NCBI GenBank assembly: GCA_037444445.1
Contig: JBBIMK010000008.1
Span: 30,001 to 62,000, forward strand
DNA length: 32,000 bases
Source: a bacterium
GTDB taxonomy: Bacteria > UBP7 > UBA6624 > JBBIMK01
Reading direction: 5' to 3'
Both the position numbers and the translations under genes were made by a program. The notes below the pieces were generated by a model. That model ran no database searches. It worked only from the letters and a program-made list of their open reading frames with translations, and had not been told where the DNA came from. This document shows, piece by piece, positions 18,276-24,295 of the stretch; position 1 is the first letter of the stretch; each line of letters begins with the position of its first letter.

Positions 18276-18764
18276 ATGAAACTTGTATGGGCGGTCATTC
18301 GGGAAAATAGACTACGAGAAGTTCAAAAAGCCCTGCAAAAAGAAGGCTTTACCGGGGCAACCGTAGTCCATGTTTCCGGTATGGGGGAAGAAGATTCTCA
18401 TCCTCCCCTCACCCTTTTTCCCCACATCAAAATGGAAATCATCACTTCGGATAACCTGGCAGAAAAAGCAGTGGAAACGATTATGAATGCTGCCTGGACG
18501 GGCTTGCCAGGAGACGGAGGGATTGCCATCTTACCGGTGGAGAAGGTCTGGAAAATCCGACATAAGGAACGACTCATCACTCTTTTGGAAAAAGTGATTG
18601 ACCCGGTTTGCAAAATGAAGATAGAGAAAATGAAAGCAGCGGGTAAGACAGAGTTTGCAGGAACCAGTTACTACTTCTGTTCTGAAATATGCCTGTTAAA
18701 ATTCCAGGAGTCTCCGGAAAAATTTCTCCGGGCAAGCAAGAGCTCTAAAGTAAAGGAGGAATAA
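18276..18764 (+). CDS. PII-like (GlnB-fold) domain fused to a C-terminal YHS domain
   Basis: The N-terminal ~105 aa align by eye to PII proteins: MKLVWAVIRENRLREVQKALQKEGFTGATVVHVSGMG...IKMEIITSDNLAEKAVETIMNAAWTGLPGDGGIAILPVEKVWKIRHKE. The B-loop TGxxGDG is kept and the T-loop is about 8 aa shorter. The C terminus DPVCKMKIEKMKAAGKTEFAGTSYYFCSEICLLKFQESPEKF is a YHS domain. GGAGGTGAG lies upstream. Confidence 0.8.
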   Translation: MKLVWAVIRENRLREVQKALQKEGFTGATVVHVSGMGEEDSHPPLTLFPHIKMEIITSDNLAEKAVETIMNAAWTGLPGDGGIAILPVEKVWKIRHKERLITLLEKVIDPVCKMKIEKMKAAGKTEFAGTSYYFCSEICLLKFQESPEKFLRASKSSKVKEE

Positions 18765-18766
18765 AT

Positions 18767-19060
18767 ATGAAATTGAATCCGGCAGGATTCGCAAGCGCTC
18801 TGGGGATAACCTCAGCCATCCTTTACTTTGTGTGCGGCATCCTTGCCGCGGTCACTCCTCAGTTTCTCCTCTACATTTTCAAGACCTGGTTCCACGGGAT
18901 GAATCTGGATGCACTCGTCCCTGCTGACGGACACATTTTCAATCTGACTCTGTTCATCATCGGGCTTATCACCTTCACGGCTACCGGCTGGGGCAGTGGG
19001 TGGTTGGTGGCAATTATTTACAATTTGTGGCAAAAGAAAAGCCCGGAGAAAGGAGAGTGA
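18767..19060 (+). CDS. Small membrane protein (97 aa, 2-3 TM), function unknown
   Basis: AAAGGAGGA lies 6 nt upstream of the ATG, and the start is 2 nt after the previous stop. Hydrophobic segments are LGITSAILYFVCGILAAV and LTLFIIGLITFTATGWGSGWLVAIIY. Confidence 0.65.
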   Translation: MKLNPAGFASALGITSAILYFVCGILAAVTPQFLLYIFKTWFHGMNLDALVPADGHIFNLTLFIIGLITFTATGWGSGWLVAIIYNLWQKKSPEKGE

Positions 19061-19065
19061 TAGAG

Positions 19066-19275
19066 ATGGTAATGGAAATTGACCCCGTGTGCGGTATGAG
19101 GGTGGATACACGGATTCCTGCTGCTAAATCTGAGCATGAAGGGATTACTTATTTCTTCTGCTCCGTTGGGTGCAAGGGCATCTTTGACCAGGACCCCGAC
19201 AAATACAGCCGACTATACTGGAAGAAAAGAGGGATGGATAAACCTGAATCTCCGGAGGTGGAGACTGATGGTTGA
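19066..19275 (+). CDS. YHS-domain mini-protein (69 aa)
   Basis: The ORF track starts at 19000, but ATG 19066 has AAAGGAGAG 8 nt upstream and follows the previous stop by 5 nt. MVMEIDPVCGMRVDTRIPAAKSEHEGITYFFCSVGCKGIFDQDPDKY is a canonical YHS domain. Confidence 0.8.
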   Translation: MVMEIDPVCGMRVDTRIPAAKSEHEGITYFFCSVGCKGIFDQDPDKYSRLYWKKRGMDKPESPEVETDG

Positions 19276-19483
19276 GAAGGACCCGGTATGCGGGATGCCG
19301 GTAGATACAAAACGGGCAGGCAGTAGCCTTTCCTTTCAGTATAACGGAAGGACCTACTACTTTTGCTCTCACTATTGCCGGGAGCATTTTGAAGCGGACC
19401 CGGAACGATATTACCGGGGAAGGCAGACAGAGATGATGGGCCCACATAAAGAATTCAGGGAAAAAGGAGGTGAAAATGAATGA
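19268..19483 (+). CDS. YHS-domain mini-protein (71 aa)
   Basis: The ORF track starts at 19136. ATG 19268 has GGAGGTGGAG upstream and overlaps the previous gene by 8 nt (ATGGTTGA). The sequence is MVEKDPVCGMPVDTKRAGSSLSFQYNGRTYYFCSHYCREHFEADPERY. Confidence 0.8.
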   Translation: MVEKDPVCGMPVDTKRAGSSLSFQYNGRTYYFCSHYCREHFEADPERYYRGRQTEMMGPHKEFREKGGENE

Positions 19484-19977
19484 AGGGCCGAAATTCTCTT
19501 CACTGGATTCTGGCACTGGCGTTTACAGGGCTTTTTCTCGGTGTGGCAGACGATTCTTCCTCTACGCCTCATGATGAGGGGATGATGGGCGGGATGATGC
19601 CTATGATGCAGATGTGCCACCAGATGATGTCCCGACAGATGTCGGGAATGGGCGGCGGTATGCATCATCCTATGATGGACATGATGGGGCATGAACCGCA
19701 ACCCATGACCCCCGAGGAGCGGGAAATCGCTAAAATGATGGCGGATGCAGAGGTGAAAGAAGCCCAGCTGCACCGAATGCTTCTGGAAGAGAATGTGAAT
19801 CCGGATGCCCTGAAGGGAAAGATACGAGAGATTCATGACCTTCAGGTGGAAATCCAGTTCAGGGAAATCATGACCGCTCGTGCAAAAGCATCGGCTCAGA
19901 AACCTTCCGAAAAGGGAGAAAGCAAGAGTGAGCACGAGATGCATCACATGGGCGGCATGGGCAGGATGGGGAAATAA
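19480..19977 (+). CDS. Exported Met/His-rich protein with a Spy/CpxP/ZraP-like helical core (periplasmic metal binding or chaperone)
   Basis: Signal peptide MKGRNSLHWILALAFTGLFLGVA. The Met/His tract is HDEGMMGGMMPMMQMCHQMMSRQMSGMGGGMHHPMMDMMGHEPQPM. The helical segment TPEEREIAKMMADAEVKEAQLHRMLLEENVNPDALKGKIREIHDLQVEIQFREIM resembles periplasmic heavy-metal-sensor/Spy-family repeats. The C-terminal tail is HEMHHMGGMGRMGK. The ATGA overlaps the previous stop, and GGAGGTG lies 8 nt upstream. Confidence 0.75.
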   Translation: MKGRNSLHWILALAFTGLFLGVADDSSSTPHDEGMMGGMMPMMQMCHQMMSRQMSGMGGGMHHPMMDMMGHEPQPMTPEEREIAKMMADAEVKEAQLHRMLLEENVNPDALKGKIREIHDLQVEIQFREIMTARAKASAQKPSEKGESKSEHEMHHMGGMGRMGK

Positions 19978-20021
19978 CGGAGGGTGAAGAGGAGGAATTG
20001 CCCCCTTCCATCAGGAATCGC

Positions 20022-20052
20022 GGGGGGTCCTCTACCTGCTCCGGGACCCCCC
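20022..20052 (+). other. GC-rich stem-loop inside the operon (no U tract)
   Basis: GGGGGGTCC (20022-20030) pairs perfectly with GGACCCCCC (20044-20052) around a 13-nt loop. It lies in the only sizeable gap (96 nt) of the module and is followed by CGATTCC rather than a T run. Confidence 0.5.
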
Positions 20053-20073
20053 CCGATTCCACTTTAAGGAGGA

Positions 20074-20766
20074 ATGCATATGCCTACATGCGCTGTGTGC
20101 TTGATGAAAGTCTCACGCGAGGTTAAATTTCGCACAGAAATTAAGAAGCGAACCTACTATTTTTGCAGTTCCCGCTGTCTGATGCAATTTCAGAAAACTC
20201 CGGAAAAATATTCTCCTGTGCATATACGAACACCGGCATTTGTGGGAATTCCTTCCCGGGTTCATCTCAGCCAATCCGCCTTTACAGCATTGATTTTATC
20301 CGTGGCGGAGATATTCAAAAAAGAAGCCATGGGCTACCTTCTGGGAAATTGCAAGGGCGAAGTGGTGGAGATAGACCATGCGATACCCTTTCAAACGGGT
20401 AAAAGAGGTTATACTTACAGTGCAGTTTCTCTCCGGCGGCTGGAGTGGGTTAGAGACCTGACAGAGCGCATCCATCCAGGATTGCAGTGGATTGGAGATT
20501 ATCATTCTCACCCTCAGCATGGAAATGTCCTGCGTCTTCACCTTCCCAGCATTCTGGATGTGGAAGATATGGAACCCGGGTATGTTTATTTAGTCATTTC
20601 AGTGAACGAAGTACAAGTTTGCTTACCCTGGCGCACGAGCAGGAAGAGGGGAACTCTCGCTGGAACTCTGGGAAAATTGCGGATGGAGATTGCGGGCTAC
20701 TGTCTTGATAAAGAGCAAAATTTGCGCCGTTTAGAGGTGGATGCCCCCTGGTTGAAAAGAAAATAA
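20074..20766 (+). CDS. TRASH/YHS-type zinc-ribbon domain fused to a JAB/MPN (JAMM) metallopeptidase domain
   Basis: The N terminus CAVC-x21-CSSRC (MPTCAVCLMKVSREVKFRTEIKKRTYYFCSSRCLMQFQKTPEKY) is the full TRASH C-x2-C-x19-22-C-x3-C pattern. The C-terminal half has JAMM elements: KKEAMGYLLG (Glu) and GDYHSHPQHGNVLRLHLPSILD. That is HxH...S-x2-D with 12 residues where 7 are usual. The likely true start is ATG 20080, 7 nt after AAGGAGG. Confidence 0.75.
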   Translation: MHMPTCAVCLMKVSREVKFRTEIKKRTYYFCSSRCLMQFQKTPEKYSPVHIRTPAFVGIPSRVHLSQSAFTALILSVAEIFKKEAMGYLLGNCKGEVVEIDHAIPFQTGKRGYTYSAVSLRRLEWVRDLTERIHPGLQWIGDYHSHPQHGNVLRLHLPSILDVEDMEPGYVYLVISVNEVQVCLPWRTSRKRGTLAGTLGKLRMEIAGYCLDKEQNLRRLEVDAPWLKRK

Positions 20767-22880
20767 AAAAAGCCCTATTTCTTTATGCTTTTTTCACGGT
20801 AGTCCAGCCAGCACTTCTATGGGCGCACGGGGCAGGGCATCTCTCCACAGAAGAAATGGCTTCGGGACTGGTGGTCGTTGGGCGCTATCAGTTTCTGCTG
20901 GAAAAAGAAGCCACGCCACTCACCCGGGGAAAGACATCATACATTACCGTTCGCATCTTTGATACTTATGCGAAGGCTCTGCTGAAGGGGAAGCGAGTGC
21001 TTATGGCTATCAAACTTCCTCAAGCAGCGATTCCCCCCGGCCAAATCCCGGTACCCACGCTTATACCACCTTCTTCTCAGCACTCTTCTACAGGAATAGC
21101 AGTGGACAGTCCTGTTTCCTGGACCCCAGAGGGCAACCCGGATGTATCCGACCTACTGCCCACAGAAGAAACTGCGGAGGGAGGGCATTATCGGATAAAA
21201 TTCACTCCTGAAACTTCCGGGGTTCATCTATTGAAACTGGCACTGTTTGTGGACGATGCATCCTCACCTCTTCTAATAGAATTCCCTCTCCAGGTAAAAA
21301 ACCCGGCGTTCACGCTCACACGAATCGTATTTTTTACGCTTCTCCTGCTATTCCTCACCGTTATTTCTCTGAGCGTTTTCTCTCTCCGCAGAAGATATGG
21401 CTCCTCCGATTCACAGTCTTTGAATCTACTGGAAATTCCATGGTTAAACCGGTTTATTCGCTGGAGATATTTTCAAACAGTTTTTCAAGTTCCCCTGCTG
21501 TTTTTGTTGATTCTCATCATCTTTGCAGGTTTATATGATGCACCTGATGGGAGCAAAAATTTCGCCACGATTCTCACCTGGACAGTGTGGTGGGCGGGGA
21601 TTATCTTTACCTTCGTTCTACTGGGAAGAGTCTGGTGTTTTATGTGTCCTGTGGGAGGGCTGGCGGATTGGACGGGGAAATGGGCTCAGCCCCGTCGCCT
21701 TCTACCCAAACTCCTTCGTTCTTTGTGGATTCCCACCGTTCTATTCCTTTTTCTTACCTGGCTGGATGGAGCGGTGGGCATCGTAAACAATCCGCGCTTG
21801 ACCGCCTGGGTCCTGATGTCTATTGCCGGGCTTGCAATTCTCATTTCTCTGCTGTTTGCCCGTAGGACTTTTTGCCGGTATATCTGCCCGATTGGAGGAA
21901 TGATTGGGTTATATTCTATGTTTTCCCCGGTAGAGTTGAGGGTGAAATCTCATGAAATCTGTCGTTCACACAACCCGAAAACCTGCTATCTGGGTTCTCC
22001 AGATGGGGAAGGATGCCCGATGTTTGAATATCCAGCGGTGATGAATCGCAACAATTACTGTAACTTTTGCGGGGAGTGCGTCAAAACCTGCTCGCCGAAC
22101 AATCTTGTCTTGAGATTTCGCCCGTTCGGGACAGACCTTTTTACTCTGGTAAATCCCCGTCTGGATGAGGCATTTTTTGCCCTTACATTAACAGGAGTAA
22201 GCCTGGTGGCGGTAGGGCATATGATTGCTCCCTGGCATTCCTGGATGCTGGGGCTTTCCAGGCTCATCGGATTGGGAAGGCTGGGTATTACCAGCGAGAA
22301 AACCTTAACTGTCATCGGTTTCACCATCACCCTGTTCAGTATATCTGTGGTGATTTTGCCTGCTCTGGTTTACGGTGCAGTGCTCTGGCTTCAAAAGTTT
22401 TCTGTGGGGCAACCCATTCTGGCCGACCGAGGGAACGACGGCAGGGCAGAAAAAGTGGCTCCACATCAAATTTTCAGCCGTTTTGCTTACGCCTTCATTC
22501 CTGTGGGATTATCCATGCATCTGGCTCACAATATCCAGCATTTATTAACTGAAGGAGCCGTTATCATCCCCGCCACACAAAAATTCCTGAACAACTATAC
22601 TTTCTTTAATCTCGGCATTTCCAACTGGCAGGCTTATTCTTTCCCTCATTCCCCCTATATCACCTGGCTTCAAATCACACTCGTCCTCATATTTTTGCCC
22701 TTTTCTCTGCGAATACTTGATAGGGTGTGGCATCAGTATTTTTCTCCATCAGCCCGATTTCAGTGGGCAATGGCTCCCTTACTCCTTTTGGTTCTCGTTC
22801 TGGTGTGGCTGAATCTCTTCCTTATCCAGCAAGATATGTCTGCCCGGCACACAACCCTGTTGACAGCCATCGCCCGATGA
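20748..22880 (+). CDS. Polytopic membrane Fe-S protein of the NapH/MauN/CcoG(FixG) type with an exported N-terminal beta-sandwich-like domain
   Basis: ORF track gives 20856-22880. Motifs are GRVWCFMCPVGG, RRTFCRYICPIGG (the CxxxCP type of NapH/CcoG) and the ferredoxin-like CNFCGECVKTCSPNN. There are about 10 or more TM segments. The frame is open upstream to 20712 and encodes a signal peptide (VEKKIKKALFLYAFFTVVQPALLWA/HGAGH) with no ATG/GTG/TTG. CTG 20748 sits 7 nt after GAGGTGG, so the start given here is provisional. Confidence 0.7.
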   Translation: MVEKKIKKALFLYAFFTVVQPALLWAHGAGHLSTEEMASGLVVVGRYQFLLEKEATPLTRGKTSYITVRIFDTYAKALLKGKRVLMAIKLPQAAIPPGQIPVPTLIPPSSQHSSTGIAVDSPVSWTPEGNPDVSDLLPTEETAEGGHYRIKFTPETSGVHLLKLALFVDDASSPLLIEFPLQVKNPAFTLTRIVFFTLLLLFLTVISLSVFSLRRRYGSSDSQSLNLLEIPWLNRFIRWRYFQTVFQVPLLFLLILIIFAGLYDAPDGSKNFATILTWTVWWAGIIFTFVLLGRVWCFMCPVGGLADWTGKWAQPRRLLPKLLRSLWIPTVLFLFLTWLDGAVGIVNNPRLTAWVLMSIAGLAILISLLFARRTFCRYICPIGGMIGLYSMFSPVELRVKSHEICRSHNPKTCYLGSPDGEGCPMFEYPAVMNRNNYCNFCGECVKTCSPNNLVLRFRPFGTDLFTLVNPRLDEAFFALTLTGVSLVAVGHMIAPWHSWMLGLSRLIGLGRLGITSEKTLTVIGFTITLFSISVVILPALVYGAVLWLQKFSVGQPILADRGNDGRAEKVAPHQIFSRFAYAFIPVGLSMHLAHNIQHLLTEGAVIIPATQKFLNNYTFFNLGISNWQAYSFPHSPYITWLQITLVLIFLPFSLRILDRVWHQYFSPSARFQWAMAPLLLLVLVLVWLNLFLIQQDMSARHTTLLTAIAR

Positions 22881-22935
22881 ATAAACTGGAAATGAATGCT
22901 TCAAAGGAAATACAGCAATGGAGAGGTGAGGTGAG

Positions 22936-23244
22936 ATGTGTAGATTCATCTGGACGGTAATTTTAGTGGTAACTCTGAGTTCAGCAGGGTTAGCCCATAC
23001 AGGAGAGAAACACGAGAAGTTGCAGGAGTCACCCCCATCTGCGGAAGTTACAACGCCAGAGAAAGAAATGAACCAGGGAGTGGAACACGAGATGATGGAA
23101 GGAGCATCAGAAACCCGGCCTGCTCCTCAGGTGCCTTTGAATCCGGCGAGAGATGTGGTTTTGCTTGTCATATTCACCGCTGGTGGAATCTGGCTGGCGA
23201 TTCGCAACTACCAGCATTTCTCTAAGGGGGCTGCTTCCCGATGA
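22936..23244 (+). CDS. Small exported, C-terminally membrane-anchored His/Glu/Met-rich protein (102 aa)
   Basis: Signal peptide MCRFIWTVILVVTLSSAGLA, with a predicted mature N terminus HTGEKHEK. It also has VEHEMMEG and the C-terminal TM VVLLVIFTAGGIWLAI. GGAGAGGTGAGGTGAG lies upstream. Its stop overlaps the cytochrome b start (ATGA). Confidence 0.6.
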   Translation: MCRFIWTVILVVTLSSAGLAHTGEKHEKLQESPPSAEVTTPEKEMNQGVEHEMMEGASETRPAPQVPLNPARDVVLLVIFTAGGIWLAIRNYQHFSKGAASR

Positions 23245-24236
23245 CCACCTGGCGAGAAAGATTCGGTCTTCACGCGCTGGCGTACCCGGTTCCATCACAC
23301 AGTCACCGATTAGACTATGCCCTCGGAGCTATCGCTCTCTCGGGCTTTCTGATTCTCATTCTCACGGGCATCTGGCTGGGGCTTTTATATCAGGTCGGTG
23401 CCACCAGTGCCTATGAAAGTGTGGAGGCTCTTCAGGGTCTGGACCGGTGGGTGCGAAACCTACATTACTGGTCCGCCCACTTCACCTATCTTACGGTGCT
23501 TCTTCATGTGGTTCGGGTAGGGATTACAGGGGCCTATCGCACTCCGAGAGAAGGAATCTGGTGGTTGGGAGTTTTTCTCCTCGCTACCGTCTCTGCTATA
23601 TTCCTCACCGGAACCATCATCAAGTGGGACCAGGAAGGATATGAAGCCTACGCCCATCTGGAAGAAGGCTTCGCATACGCCGGACCTCTTGCCAATTTCT
23701 TGAAAAGCAGATTTACTGGTTCTGTCGCATTTTCCTCTCTCTTCTTCACCCATACTTCCCTTCTCCCGATTTTAGTTCTTCTTCTGATTGCAGGACATTT
23801 ACTTCTGATAAAAATCCACGGGATTTCTGAATTACCTGGCGAGACCTCTTCCACTGCACGCATTCCTTTTACGCAGGTTATGAAAACCATTTCCCTTTAT
23901 ACAGGTGGATTTTTTATTCTGCTGGTGATACTTGCCACTTTCCTCCCAGCCCCATTGGGGCCTAACTTCGTAGAAGGGTTTGAGGTTACTAAACCTCCGT
24001 GGCCCTTCCTCTGGATTTATGCCCTGGAGAACTGGCTTGGAATGATGGGTATGGTATGGGGACCTGCCCTGCTCTTCCTCGGATTATTGGCTATGCCACT
24101 GCTGGACCGGGGGAAAAATCGGCGAGCATGGATTACCCTATTCCTCCTTGTCCTTCTACTTCTGATTGCCCTTGGTTTATATGCTGCCCTCTCTGTTCCC
24201 GTTCCTCATCTGGAAATGCAAACAGGTGAATCCTGA
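23241..24236 (+). CDS. Cytochrome b (fused b6-like N-domain plus subunit-IV-like C-domain), no adjacent Rieske or cytochrome c partner
   Basis: The helix-B His pair is in NLHYWSAHFTYLTVLLH (13 intervening residues). The helix-D His pair is in FFTHTSLLPILVLLLIAGH (14 intervening residues, the b6-type spacing). The C-terminal part has PPWPFLWIYALENW at the position of the PEWY Qo motif. Confidence 0.8.
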   Translation: MTTWRERFGLHALAYPVPSHSHRLDYALGAIALSGFLILILTGIWLGLLYQVGATSAYESVEALQGLDRWVRNLHYWSAHFTYLTVLLHVVRVGITGAYRTPREGIWWLGVFLLATVSAIFLTGTIIKWDQEGYEAYAHLEEGFAYAGPLANFLKSRFTGSVAFSSLFFTHTSLLPILVLLLIAGHLLLIKIHGISELPGETSSTARIPFTQVMKTISLYTGGFFILLVILATFLPAPLGPNFVEGFEVTKPPWPFLWIYALENWLGMMGMVWGPALLFLGLLAMPLLDRGKNRRAWITLFLLVLLLLIALGLYAALSVPVPHLEMQTGES

Positions 24237-24241
24237 TGAAA
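24205..24241 (+). repeat. Direct repeat copy B (3' end of the cytochrome b gene)
   Basis: Sequence is CTCATCTGGAAAT-GCAAACAGG-TGAATCCTGATGAAA. See copy A at 17953-18014. It gives cytochrome b the same C-terminal QTGES* tail as CusA (QTGGES*) and the same TGATGAAA stop/start junction. Confidence 0.75.
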
Positions 24242-24295
24242 GAAAACGAACCTAATGTGGAAGAAAACGAAAATCTTCAGAGGAGGTAGAGTGAA

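Noticed and set aside
19411-19947. 178-aa minus-strand ORF with striking His-rich tracts (HHRMMHTAAHSRHLSGHHLVAHLHHRHHPAHH), which looked like a metal-binding protein.
   Set aside because: It is the antisense shadow of the Met-rich coding tract on the plus strand, because ATG codons read CAT=His on the other strand. The plus-strand ORF has an SD, a signal peptide and operon coupling. The minus ORF has none.
20022-20052. The GC-rich hairpin considered as a rho-independent terminator.
   Set aside because: No U tract follows (the next bases are CGATTCC), and the next gene has its own SD 15 nt later. It is retained only as a possible processing or stability element.
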